In this document: piece by piece, positions 13,141-24,866 of the stretch
How positions within the stretch are numbered: position 1 is the stretch's first letter
Layout of the letters: each line of letters begins with the position of its first letter
Source of the DNA: Hemiscyllium ocellatum
Lineage: Eukaryota
DNA: 64,000 nucleotides
Direction: 5' to 3'
Assembly: GCF_020745735.1 (NCBI RefSeq)
Contig: NW_026867515.1
Span: 1,020,774-1,084,773 of the forward strand
Program-made: the position numbers and the translations under genes
Notes under the pieces: generated by a model
The model's database searches: none
Seen by the model: only the letters and a program-made list of their open reading frames with translations
What the model was told of the DNA's origin: nothing

Positions 13141-14319
13141 GCCACCATCTTTGTTTTTCTTCTTCTTTCCGTCTCCTCTTTCATTGACGCGCGTCATCTG
13201 GGCCCCCTCCAATCAGAGCGCACCTTACTCCACCTGACCAATTGTGGTCGGCGCTAGTTGTTACTGACAGATCTTGTGTCCAATTGCCAATTTGGGGTAA
13301 AAATGGCGGGAGCCACAATTTCTTTTCCCTGTGGTTGCACATCTCATTCCATTTGCTTTTCTCTTCCGAGGGGGAGGGGGAATCCCAAACTAGAGGGCAC
13401 AAGTTTAGGGTGAGAGGGGAAAAATTTAAAAGGGTTGCAAGGATTAGAACCATAAGTTTGAAAGTTAATTCACATCAAGAAAAGCCCTCTCTTACGACCC
13501 GAACAAAATATTGTTCACAGCCTATTACTGACTAATCAGGAAGGATGTTGTGAAACGTAAGAGTTCAGAAATTACTTACAAGAATGTTGCTAGAGTTATA
13601 ATTTCAGTTACATTACACTGTAAATTTTTGCTATAAATTCTGTGTTACGATCAATCTACTATCACCTGATGAAGGAGCATCGCTCCAAAAGCTAGTGTGC
13701 TTCCAATTAAACCTGTTGGACTATAACCTGGTGTTGTGTGATTTTTAGCTAGGGTTGGAGGGTTTGTGCTACAGGGAAAGGCTGTATGGGCTGGGGCTGT
13801 TTAACCTGGAGCATTGGAGGCTGAGGGATGACCTTATGGAGGTTTAAAAGATCACGACAGGCATGGATAGGACAAAAATATTTTTTTTTCCCTGGGGCAG
13901 GGGAATCCAGTACAAGAGGCCATTAGTTTTGGGTGAGAGGGAAAAGATTTAAAAGGGTCCCAAGGGGCAACTTTATCATGTATAGGTTGGTGTGTGAACT
14001 TAATGAGCTGCCAGAGAACATAGTGGAGGCTGGTACAAATACAACAATTAAAAGACATCTGGATAGGTATATGAATAGGAAGTTTTAGAGGGATATGGAC
14101 AAAGTGCTGGCAAATGGGATTAGATTAATTTAGGCTATCTGGTCAGCACATACGGAACGGTTGTTTTTGTGCTCTACAACTCAATGGTTCTATTTCTCCA
14201 GAGCTAGAACCAATTTCACAAGACTAGGAATAGGCCATTTGCCTCTTACACACTGTCCTCAACTGTGGCCTAACTGAGCATATTTCAATTCTTAGTGCTA
14301 TGTAATGACCAGACTTTAT

Positions 14320-15280
14320 AAAAAAAATCTTAAAGCAAAGGAACACTTAGGAGGCAGTAATTATGATATGGTAGAGTTCAGTGTGCAGTTTGAAAAAGAG
14401 AAGGTGAAATTGGATGTAATGGTATTACAGTTAAAAGGTAATTACAAGGGCAATGGGAGCAGAACAGCCAAAAATTTATTGGAAGCAGAGCCTAGTGGGG
14501 AAGGCAGTAGAGTAACAATGGCAGGAATTTCTGGGTGTAATTGAGGACACAGTGCAGAGGTTCATCCAAAAAAAAAATTATTGGGGGGAGGGGGTTGAAG
14601 AAGATAGCCGTGGCTGACAAAGGAAGTCAGGAAATGTATCAATGAAAAAGAGAGAACCTACAATGTGGCCAAGAGCACTAGGAAATCAGATGCTTGGGAA
14701 GACTACAAAAACAAACAGAAGGTAACAAAGAGAGAAATAAGGAAGGAGAGGAGGTAAGCTGTTTTTTTGAAATACATTAAGAAACAAACGAGGCAAAAGT
14801 AGAGATTGGGCTGCTCCAAATTGATGCAGGAAGGATAGTGCTGCGCGATAAGGAAATAGCTGAAGAACTTAATAAATACTTTGTGTCATTCTTCACAGTG
14901 GAAGACATGAGTAACATACTAACAATTAAGGTGAGTGAAGGACAGAGCAGAGTATGGTAGCCATTACAAAAGAGAAAGTGCTAGAAAAGCTAAAAGGTCT
15001 AAAGATTGAGAAATCTCCTGGTTCTGATGGCTACATTCTCGCGTTCTGCGGGATGTGGCTGAAGAATTATCAGAGGTGTTGGTTGTAATCTTTCAAAAAT
15101 CACTGGAGTCAGGGAAAGTCCCAGGTGATTGAAAAATCACTGTCGTAAGTCCTTTGTTCAAGAAAGGACCAAGACAAAAGATGGAAAATTATTCGCCAAT
15201 TAGCCTAATCTCAGTTGTAGGTAAAATTCTAGAATCCATCGTAAAGGATAAGGTTTCTAAATTCTTTGAAGTGCATGGTT
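14320..15280 (+). mobile_element. CR1-clade LINE internal fragment
   Basis: EHLGGSNYDMVEF and FKKG..ENYSPISLISVVGKILESIVKD. Confidence 0.8.
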
Positions 15281-16806
15281 TGGGCTTTGGCGGGGGGGAA
15301 CTAAAGAGACATAGGTTTTCAGTGAGAGGGGAAAGATATAAGAGTTCCACGCAGTGTGGGGTGCAGTTAAGGAGTAAGCTGCCAGAGAGAGTGGTGGACA
15401 CTCGTACAATTGCAACATTTAAAAAGCATCTGGATGGGTTTATGAATAGGAAGGGTTTGGAGGGATATGGGTCAGGTGCTGGCAAGTGGGACTAGGTTGG
15501 GTTAGGATATCTGCTCCACATGTACAGGTTCGAGTGAAGGGTTTGTTTCTATGCTGTACATCTATGAAGGGTCTGTTTCTATGCTGTATGACCTCTTTAA
15601 CTGTTCTGTACTGGTCTTAAAAGCCATTTTCTCACCTTCTCCCATAAACATCCTCCTCTTTGTAGTTCAAAAATCAGATGAACCCAGCCTTGAATATATT
15701 CAATGATCCCCTAACTGCAGGCAGGCATCCCCACTTCTGAACTCAATTCCACTTGCTAATATACCACTTGCATTGCTTGCTGCACCTGACAACTGGCATT
15801 GACAGTTGTAGAAGGACGCTGAGGCCCCTTTGTACATCCACACGTCATTCCTGATGAAGGGCCTGTGCCCGAAACTTCAACTCTCCTGCTCATCGAATGT
15901 TGGCTGAGCATTTCCAGCACCACACTTTTAGACTCTGATCTCCAGCATTTGCTCTCCTCACTTTCTCCATATCCCAATGTCACCATTGAAACAATGCACC
16001 TCTTTTCTGCTTTTTTTTTAAACACCGCAGAGGCTCTAACTTCACATTGGGGTACTATATTTGCCATGTGTTTGCCAATTGTGTTCTTCGGGAGACAGAG
16101 GGTAAATGTGGGGAACGGTTCGCCGAGCGTCACAGCTGGGTCTGCAGAGGCCGACCGGACCTCCCAATCACCACCCAAAGCAAGGAACATGTGCAATGCT
16201 TGAGGAACGTATGCAATATGCTCAGTGGCAACGCTGATATTATTGACAGATTTTGAAGTGTCCAAATATCAATAGGAGAAAAACAAAATGCAGACCCACA
16301 ACTTTTTTCCCCATCTGGCTCGATATTTTGTGGCTTTTGATCTTGTCTGGCTGCTCAACTTTCTTATGTCTTTTCCCTAGTGTAGGGGGTGAAGGTCTGC
16401 ACTAGAAGGCCTAGGTTCAGGGTGAGAGCAGAAAGTTATAAAAGGTACCTAAGGGGCAACGTTTCCATGCAGAGGGTGGTGTGTGTATGGAGTGAGCTGC
16501 CAGAGGAAGTGGTGGAGGCTGCTACAATTAAAGCATTTAAAAGGTATCTGGATGGGTATATGTATAGGAAGGTTTAGAGGGATATGAGCCAAGTTCTGGC
16601 AAGTGGGACTGGATTAATTTAGGATATCTGGTTGGCATGGACGGGTTGGACCGAAGGGTCTGTTTCTGTGCTGTACATCTCTCCCACTCTAAATAATAAA
16701 ATGTATACTTTGACAAATTACAAACTATCCATGTTAATAAGGTTTAGTTACCACACACTTCACTAACCATTCTCAACAGGTCCTGTCCCTTCAATGACTG
16801 AGGAAC

Positions 16807-16935
16807 ATCCGCCTCCAGAATGGTCACCGGCTCCTGCCTGCTGTACAGCCGGCCGGTGTGGCCGTGACACAGCAGCTGCGCCAGGAAGGCGGCGGTGACC
16901 AGTGACGGGGGTCTGCCCCGGCCGCACGGCGCCAT
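16807..16935 (-). pseudogene. QSOX (sulfhydryl oxidase)-like exon-1 fragment within a CpG island (about 16800-17090)
   Basis: MAPCGRGRPPSLVTAAFLAQLLCHGHTGRLYSRQEPVTILEAD is a signal peptide plus LYSxxxPxTxLxAD, as recalled for the QSOX1 N-terminus. No WCGHC follows. Confidence 0.55.
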
Positions 16936-17639
16936 TTTCCTAACGGCCGCCGCTTCCCCGCTCGAGCGACTTCTCCTCCCAACCGCCTTCACCCCCGCGT
17001 GACGTCTGCACGGGGGGATGGGCGGGGCCGGGGGAGCCTCACCGTCACCAAGCAACAGCCACCTCGCGCTACAACTGCTGCTCCCTGAAGCGGGAAATCT
17101 GCATTTTAAAGGGACATGGACATTTAACGGGCAATTTCTGCAAATAAATTGCAATGGACAAGATTACATTTCAAAGGGATATCTTAATATGCAAAATGAC
17201 ACAGTCATCTCTAAATGAATCTACATTTCGAAGAGACGTTGCCCTATTAATAAGTAGAAATGACCCTTTCAGAGACATAGTCATATCTAAAGGGGTAAAT
17301 ATACATTATCGAGGGGCAAGATTGCGCTTAGAGAAACACAACACATTTAAAAGGCATAACTACATTTGAAGGGGCATTTTTATATTTAAAAAGACACATT
17401 GAAATCTCATAATTAAAAGTACATGGTAATATTGAGAAAGCATGACCATGTTCGAAATAGTGCAGCCACTTTACAAGAAAAGGGATTTGGGCTGGGGCAC
17501 GCGCGGGGGGGGGGGGGGGGGGGGGGGAGATTAATTTTTCAGAAAGTAAGCAAGTTATTACGATTTGGAATGATCTTGAAGGGGCGATGGCACCAGCAAG
17601 TGGCAAAAGTTAATACAAAATTCTTGAAAAGAACATGAT

Positions 17640-19100
17640 TCCAGATATATGTGGATGCAGGGAAATAATTCAACAAAAGAGCCATTACAAATTTATGGAG
17701 CAAACAATATCCTTTTGAGAGATGTAAATGGGACCATCAATATTTAAGTAGGAATTCCAATTTTTGCTCTCCTCTCAAAATCTATCTTGTCAGAGTGCAG
17801 TGTAAGCCAGTACAATTTGTTATGCCACAGTAGGCCTTGCAACTCAACCTCATTGTGTCCTCACCCAATATTAATGTGTGTGCTTAGCAGTCAAGTTTAA
17901 GGAAAGAGGGGATAATGAAAAATACTGGCTCTGCCAGTGATGCTCACATTCCATGAACAAAAATAAAATAGATCACGGTGCTGCCATCATTGCATGTGTC
18001 AGAATTAAATGATCAGAAAAATTCTGAACTCACTACAAACAGTTTGTGCACAATGCCGTTATTTCTATTTATTCTTATCATTTTGATTGCGATTTAGTCT
18101 GTACCAAATTAAGAGCAGCCTTGGTTTACGTTTCATTGGCAATTCTACATGTTGACTTTCTATTATCACAATCTCTTTGACATTCTTATATGTATTTAAA
18201 TTAATCTTCAGATTGTTCACAACTAAATGACATTACCAGACTGAAAATTCACAGCCTAAAAAACATTTTGGCATTTGATGAAGTTATTTGGGCAATAGCA
18301 ATAGCAAATGAAATATCAAAGAAATACAAAGTTATGAGGAGGGATATATATCTTGTTTAACCAAATACAATGGCAGTGCAGAGAATTTCAGAAATGCACA
18401 ATAAATATTCACAGTGTACCCCTTATTCAATTCATTCAAGAATTTCAAATTGTGTTTGAGGCAATTCAACGGCAAATGGCAACATTTGTTTGTTAATACT
18501 CACCATAAATTGTGAATATGATTTTGATAAAAATAATCTATGTTTAATCCCAAATGGAGCAATTAAGTGCAAAGTTACTTTCAACCATTTAATAAAACAC
18601 TGCAAATTTTATTTCATATGAAAATACAATCATTTTATAAAATCTTTACAAAGGAAATATATTAAACAAAATAGCTTTCCTGGGTGTCAATATTTTCAAC
18701 AGTTATGCAGCTATTATTTAGCAATCAACTAACTCATTGAAATAATTTCAGAATAAATTAGCTGCTTCATTATTATACATTGTGATATTTCAATTAAAAT
18801 ATCTCAAAGGAAATCTTTAACACAAAGCAAAGTTAGATAAAATTACAAAAGTATCTTGCAGAATTCACTTCAAATCATATCTGTTGAATCACAAAAAGAT
18901 GATGCTCAATGCACCAAATGATGGACAATCACTGGTAATGATGGAAAAACATTGTAAAGAATGTATATATCTCAATTATATCTTAAATGAATATCTACTC
19001 TGCCTTGGACAACAACAACTGAAAGTTTTTTTGACAAATCGAAAACTACAACAGCAAACCTTTAGAAAATCCACCACTGAGCCAAAGCTTGAATAAAAGT
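17640..19100 (+). mobile_element. Highly decayed hAT-type transposase relic
   Basis: AT-rich. Near 18990 it reads STLPWTTTTESFFDKSK, resembling the hAT dimerization motif LPxTTAxxERxFSxLK. No long ORF. Confidence 0.4.
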
Positions 19101-20025
19101 TTTTTTCAGAAAATCCTTTAAAGATATCAGGCTTCTCCAGCTTCAATTAGCTGAAGAAGAAAAAAAACTGCATCTGGTTGGAGACGTGAATAGAAAAGAA
19201 TCAGAGGGATATGGACCAAATGCTGGCAAATGGGTCACTAGATTAATTTAGGATATTTGGTTGTCTGGACTGAAGGGTTTGCTTCTGTGCTCTACAACTC
19301 TATTTCTACATAGTCAGAATCAATTTCACAAAACTAGGCCATTCATCCTTTACAGCCTGTTTTTGGCTGTGGCCTAACTACATACGTTTCAATGCAAGTT
19401 TCAGAAAGATTTCAGCAGCTCTTTTCAAAAAGTGAACATGCTTTCAGACTTTAACAATGTTTCTGAATATATCAATGTAACTATTCTCAATGTTAAGGAT
19501 CAGCCAATTCAGAATGTCATTTAAATGTAGAGCTTTTCTAACAATAGGTGTGAATTCTGTCTGTGTCCCAATATCGAGTCAGACTGACATTGTTGTTCGA
19601 AAAGCTCTGCATTTAAATGACATTCTTGAAGGTAATTTAAAACAAGTGCTAGGATTAACGTACCAAAGAACAGAAGCCCGTTCTAAAATATGGAAGATTT
19701 AATCTAAAATTGTTTAGTGAAGGACATCTCCATGACCGTGGCCTCCTTTGGCTATAAATTCTGTGATTATGATCTTATTGTCCATGACCACCTGAAGAAA
19801 GAGCAGCACTCTGAAATGGAGTGATCAGTAAAATTGTCTCATTTGGCTCACCCAAGGTTAGAAATGGAAGCATATCTCTTCAAGGTTACAGTTTGATTTG
19901 CCCTTTCAACGTTCTTGAAACTTAAGGTGTTCCATTGTAGTGTTCAATTCTGATCCATTAAAATCAGTACTGATTGTGTTGCTGGTCAAAGCACAGCAGG
20001 CCAGGCAGCATCTCAGGAATAGAGA

Positions 20026-20061
20026 ATTCGACGTTTCGAGCATAAGCCCTTCATCAGGAAT
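20026..20061 (-). ncRNA. Minimal type I hammerhead ribozyme (intact, inverted copy)
   Basis: Exact reverse complement of 22307-22342. Confidence 0.9.
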
Positions 20062-20194
20062 AAGAGAGAGAGAGCCAAGCAGGCTAAGATAAAAGGTAGG
20101 GAGGAGGAACTAGGGGGAGGGGCGATGGAGGTGGGATAGGTGGAAGGAGGTCAAGGTGAGGGTGATAGGCCGGAGTGGGGTGGGGGCGGAGAGG

Positions 20195-21316
20195 TCAGGA
20201 AGAGGATTGCAGGTTAGGAGGGCGGTGCTGAGTTGAGGGAACCGACTGAGACAAGGTGGGAGGAGGGGAAATGAGGAAACTGGAGAAATCTGAATTCATA
20301 CCTTGTGGTTGGAGGGTTCCCAGGCGGAAGATGAGGCGCTCCTCCTCCAGCCGTCGTGTTGTTGTGTTCTGCCGGTGGAGGAGTCCAAGGACCTGCATGT
20401 CCTCGGTGGAGTGGGAGGGAGAGTTAAGGTGTTGAGCCACGGGGTGATTGGGTTGGTTGGTTCGGGCGGCCCGGAGGTGTTCTCTGAAGCGTTCCGCAAG
20501 TAAGCGGCCTGTCTCACCAATATAGAGGAGGCCACATCGGGTGCAGCGGATGCAATAGATGATGTGTGTGGAGGTACAGGTGAACTTGTGGCGGATATGG
20601 AAGGATCCCTTGGGGCCTTGGAGGGAAGTGAGTGTGGAGGTGCGGGCGCAAGTTTTACATTTCCTGCGGTTGCAGGGGAAGGTGCCGGGAGTGGAGGTTG
20701 GGTTGGTTGGGGGTGTGGACCTGACGAGGGAGTCACGAAGGGAGTGGTCTTTGCGGAACGCTGATAGGGGAGGGGAGGGAAATAGATCCCTGGTGGTGGG
20801 GTCCGTTTGCAGGTGGCAGAAATGACGGCGGATGATACGTTGTATACGGAGGTTGGTGGGGTGGTAGGTGAGAACCAGTGGGGTTCTGTCTTGGTGGCGG
20901 TTGGAGGAGCGGGGCTCAAGGGCGGAGGAGCGGGAAGTGGAGGAGATGCGGTGGAGGGCATCGTCGATCACGTCTGGGGGGAATCTGCGGTGCTTGAAGA
21001 AGGAGGCCATCTGGGCTGTGCGGTGTTGGAATTGGTCCTCCTGGGAGCAGATGCGGCGGAGACGAAGGAATTGGGAATATGGGATGGCGTTTTTACAGGG
21101 GGCAGGGTGGGAGGAGGTGAAGTCCAGGTAGCTGTGGGAGTCAGTCGGTTTATAATAGATGTCTGTGTTGAGTCGGTCGCCCGAGATAGAAATGGAAAGG
21201 TCTAGGAAGGGGAGGGAGGAGTCTGAGACAGTCCAGGTGAATTTGAGGTCGGGATGGAAGGTGTGAGTAAAGTTGATGAACTGTTCAACCTCCTCGTGGG
21301 AGCACGAGGCAGCGCC
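20195..21316 (-). CDS. PLE ORF fragment: RT thumb, Cys linker and GIY-YIG endonuclease (5'-truncated, open)
   Basis: ORF 20195..21490. The homologous part starts at GAASCSHEEVEQF and includes LPFLDL..TDIYYKPTDSHSYL. Confidence 0.9.
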   Translation of the reverse strand, partial: GAASCSHEEVEQFINFTHTFHPDLKFTWTVSDSSLPFLDLSISISGDRLNTDIYYKPTDSHSYLDFTSSHPAPCKNAIPYSQFLRLRRICSQEDQFQHRTAQMASFFKHRRFPPDVIDDALHRISSTSRSSALEPRSSNRHQDRTPLVLTYHPTNLRIQRIIRRHFCHLQTDPTTRDLFPSPPLSAFRKDHSLRDSLVRSTPPTNPTSTPGTFPCNRRKCKTCARTSTLTSLQGPKGSFHIRHKFTCTSTHIIYCIRCTRCGLLYIGETGRLLAERFREHLRAARTNQPNHPVAQHLNSPSHSTEDMQVLGLLHRQNTTTRRLEEERLIFRLGTLQPQGMNSDFSSFLISPPPTLSQSVPSTQHRPPNLQSSS

Positions 21317-21324
21317 GAGTTGCC

Positions 21325-22173
21325 ATGGGCACCCGCATGGGCTCCAGCTATGCCTGCCTCTTCGTAGGATATGTGGAACAGTCCATCTTCCGCAACTACA
21401 CTGGCACCACCCCCCATCTTTTCCTCCGCTACATCGATGATTGTATTGGCACTGCCTCGTGCTCCCTCCGCCACCAAGACAGAACCCCACTGGTTCTCAC
21501 CTACCACCCCACCAACCTCCGCATACAACGTATCATCCGCAGCCATTTCCGCCACCTCCAAACGGACCCCACCACCAAGGATATATTTCCCTCCCCTCCC
21601 CTATCAGCGTTCCGCAAGGACCACTCCCTTCGTGACTCCCTCGTCAGATCCACACACCCCACCAACCCAACCTCCACCCCCGGCACCTTCCCCTGCAACC
21701 GCAGGAAATGTAAAACTTGCGCCCACACCTCCACACTCACTTCCCTCCAAGGCCCCAAGGGATCCTTCCATATCCGCCACAAGTTCACCTGTACCTCCAC
21801 ACACATCATCTATTGCATCCGCTGCACCCGATGTGGCCTCCTCTATATTGGTGAGACAGGCTGCTTACTTGCGGAACGCTTCAGAGAACACCTCCGGGCC
21901 GCCCGGACCAACCAACCCAATCACCCCGTGGCTCAACACTTTAACTCTCCCTCCCACTCCACCGAGGACATGCAGGTCCTTGGACTCCTCCACCGGCAGA
22001 ACACAACTACACGACGGCTGGAGGAGAAGCGCCTCATCTTCCGCCTGGGAACCCTCCAACCACAAGGTATGAATTCAGATTTCTCCAGCTTCCTCATTTC
22101 CCCTCCCCCCACCTTGTCTCAGTCGGTTCCCTCAACTCAGCACCGCCCTCCTAACCTGCAATCCTCTTCCTGA
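21325..22173 (+). CDS. PLE ORF fragment: RT core (YIDD) fused in frame to GIY-YIG through a net 396-bp deletion
   Basis: MGTRMGSSYA..FLRYIDDCIGTASCS joined directly to LRHQDRTPLVLTYHP. Confidence 0.9.
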   Translation: MGTRMGSSYACLFVGYVEQSIFRNYTGTTPHLFLRYIDDCIGTASCSLRHQDRTPLVLTYHPTNLRIQRIIRSHFRHLQTDPTTKDIFPSPPLSAFRKDHSLRDSLVRSTHPTNPTSTPGTFPCNRRKCKTCAHTSTLTSLQGPKGSFHIRHKFTCTSTHIIYCIRCTRCGLLYIGETGCLLAERFREHLRAARTNQPNHPVAQHFNSPSHSTEDMQVLGLLHRQNTTTRRLEEKRLIFRLGTLQPQGMNSDFSSFLISPPPTLSQSVPSTQHRPPNLQSSS

Positions 22174-22306
22174 CCTCTCCGCCCCCACCCCACTCCGGCC
22201 TATCACCCTCACCTTGACCTCCTTCCACCTATCCCACCTCCATCGCCCCTCCCCCTAGTTCCTCCTCCCCACCTTTTATCTTAGCCGGCTTGGCTCTCTC
22301 TCTCTT

Positions 22307-22342
22307 ATTCCTGATGAAGGGCTTATGCTCGAAACGTCGAAT
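22307..22342 (+). ncRNA. Minimal type I hammerhead ribozyme (intact)
   Basis: attc-CTGATGA-a-gggc-ttat-gctc-GAAA-cg-TC-gaat gives stem I attc/gaat, stem II gggc/gctc and a palindromic ACGT stem III. Predicted cleavage is after GTC at 22338. Confidence 0.9.
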
Positions 22343-23519
22343 TCTCTATTCCTGAGATGCTGCCTGGCCTGCTGTGCTTTGACCAGCAACACATTTGCAG
22401 CTGTGATCTCCAGCATCTGCAGACCTCATTTTTTACATTAAAATCAGTATCCAGTCTCATCCGAGTGCAGAACCAACTCAACTGACAGAACAAACAAAAC
22501 AACTTTTTGGTTTGCTTTTTAGATGTGACATCTTCTCTCCCTCCCTCTCTGGTGACCCAATAGGACTACCAGAGTTGGAAGTACCACTCTCGAAATACAA
22601 TTACTGACCTACAGTTTTCTTGTGCTGCTGAACATAAGGATTTAAAAGCTGCTAGCCTGATCTCGCACAAAGCACAAAAACAGACTGTTCACCCATGTCT
22701 GCACAGAGGAGAAATTTCAGGAGGAACAAATCACAAAAATAACAACTGTTACCAGTCCCACAACACGTTTCCCATGGACAAAGTTAAAAATCTCACAACA
22801 CCAGGTTGTAAACCAACACATTTATTTGTAAACACTAACATTTGGAGCATTGCTCTTTTATCAGGTTGGTTGTGGAGAATGAGATCATGATCATGGAATT
22901 TATAGCCAAAGGAGTCCAGTGCCATGGAGATGTGATATATTAAACAATTTGAGATTAAATCTTTCATCTTTTAGAATGGGTTTCTGCTCTTTGGCATGTT
23001 AATTCCTGAAGTGGTTTTTAATTACCTTCTCAAGAAAGTCATTCAAATGCAGAGCTTTTCTAACAATAGGTGTGAATTCTCTCTGGGTCCCAATGTTGAG
23101 TCAGAGGGACATTTTTCTTTGAAATGTTTTGCATTTAAATTACATTCTTGAGAAGGTAGTTTTTAGATTAGGTTGGGCTGGATTGGCCGTGCTAAATTAC
23201 CCTTATTGTTCAGGATATGCACTGTAGGGTGGATTAGCTATGAAAAATACGAAGGGGGTGGGTCTGGGTGGCAATGGTGCTAAATGCCTTCTTAACCATC
23301 CAGTCTACCAGTTCTTTGCAGGTTGCATCACCATGTACCTGAACTCTCCCATGTCTCTGTTTTAACTATACAAGTCCGGTCCTTCCTCATTTTAGCAAAA
23401 TGCAACCCCTTGCTTTTATTCATACCTCTCTCATATACGCACACCCTAACACTCTCTCACACTCACAGACTTATACTCCATCACACTTACACTTTACCAA
23501 GCATGCACTGTCACACACA

Positions 23520-24020
23520 AACTCACAACTCTATGGAGTGAATTTTTATTGGCAGAATTATATTTGCAGATACTTTCAATTTTGCTCACAAAGCACACAA
23601 TCTACAGGCAGTCAATCCATGTAATATTTTATATATTCCTACTTTAAAAACAGAACTGGTCTGATTCAAGATTGGGATACTGACATACTAGCTATCCACA
23701 ACTTTAATGCATTGTGTGAGCTGAGATATCATTTTTTTAAAAATATAAAACCATAAGTCTTCAAGAACATGACTTAGATGTTGTTCTTAGATTTACATAT
23801 TAATGAACCAAAACCTGCAACCCACTCTGAAAGATATCAGTTGCATGACGCTGCGTATTTTGCTATAAGATCTGTGTCTTATGATCCTGCTCCACAGCTA
23901 CCTGTGGAAGGAGCGGTGCTCCGAAAGCTAGTGCTTCCAAATAAACCTGTTGGACTATAATCTGGTCTTGTGTGATTTTTAACTTTATCCACTCCAGTCC
24001 GATACTGGCACCTCCACATC
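23520..24020 (+). mobile_element. Second HHR-bearing repeat family, probably a PLE 3' end; other copies 1010-1360, 13600-13750, 19740-19815, 22770-22980(-), 40836-41330, 49330-49735(-), 51100-51425
   Basis: Consensus cac-CTGATGA-a-ggagc-agc-gctcc-GAAA-gc-TA-gtg followed by cttccaaataaacctgttggactataacctgg. Every copy here has at least one lesion. Confidence 0.7.
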
Positions 24021-24635
24021 GTTTCTGGTGAACACAGCCCATACCTCCTAGTGCTGCCAGGAAACTTTACAATGCCAATGAAACAACACAGTACCTGCAC
24101 TCCTGAAAAATTTACAATTTCTAATGATACTAGCTATCCATGCACTGCTCCATCTGATAAACAACATTGAAAACTTAGTGCAGGAGGCTGAAAGAAATGA
24201 ACAGCTTTAAAACAAAAAACCGCTTAGAGCTCAAAGCTTTCAATGAGAGTCTGAGCCTGCGGTAAATTCAGGTAATCTTTATTGTGACCCAACTTTGTTA
24301 AAGCTTCAGATCCCCCAGCAAAAAGGTGTAGAAAAACTAGCTGCTTTTTAAACAGCTCAAGGTCAAAGCACACGTACTGCTCACCCCACCACCCCCCCCA
24401 TCACCCCACCACCCTACCACCCTTTCTTAACTATTGGTCATCACCGAGTTGTCCCTTTGTAATTGGATCCTTGGTACGGCCGTAACCTGGAGGAAGTATT
24501 GCCTCACTCAGCAATTTCAACCCATATCCTGTCTCCTAGTAAGTTTCTGCCCACTCATCTGCCAGGGGCTGAGTGGTGGGGGGATGGGGGGGATAGGGGG
24601 AGGAAAGACGGGAGGTGCTGAGCAGTATTGTTTTT

Positions 24636-24866
24636 GGATTAGTGGTGCTGGAAGAGCACAGCAGTTCAGGCAGCATCCAAAGTGCAGCGAAATCGACGTT
24701 TCAGGCAAAAGCCCTTCATCAAGAAGGGCTGATTTATTCCTGATGAAGGGCTTTTCCCCCAAACGTCGATTTCGCTGCACTTTGGATGCTGCCTGAACTG
24801 CTGTGCTCTTCCAGCACTACAAATCCCGAATCTGGTTTCCAGCATCTGCAGTCATTGTTTTTACCT
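24636..24866. mobile_element. Palindromic PLE-end/HHR mini-element in a ZNF 3' UTR
   Basis: Inverted arms of 90 bp (24636-24725 and 24737-24826), 11-nt spacer, about 6 mismatches. The right arm continues to the element 3' end. Confidence 0.9.

Larger units (their letters stand above)
19975..22435. mobile_element. Young Penelope-like (Neptune-type) retroelement, head-to-head inverted structure with 14-bp TSD
   Basis: RT motifs GVAMGTRMG and RYIDDC, a CNRRKCKTC linker, and the GIY-YIG motif IIYCIRC..LYIGETG..ERFREH on both strands. Inverted arms of 926 bp (19975-20900 and 21468-22393). TSD cattaaaatcagta at 19956-19969 and 22436-22449. Confidence 0.95.

Noticed and set aside
21317-21490. N-terminus of the 431-aa ORF as a real protein start
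   Set aside because: It is antisense read-through of the opposite PLE arm.
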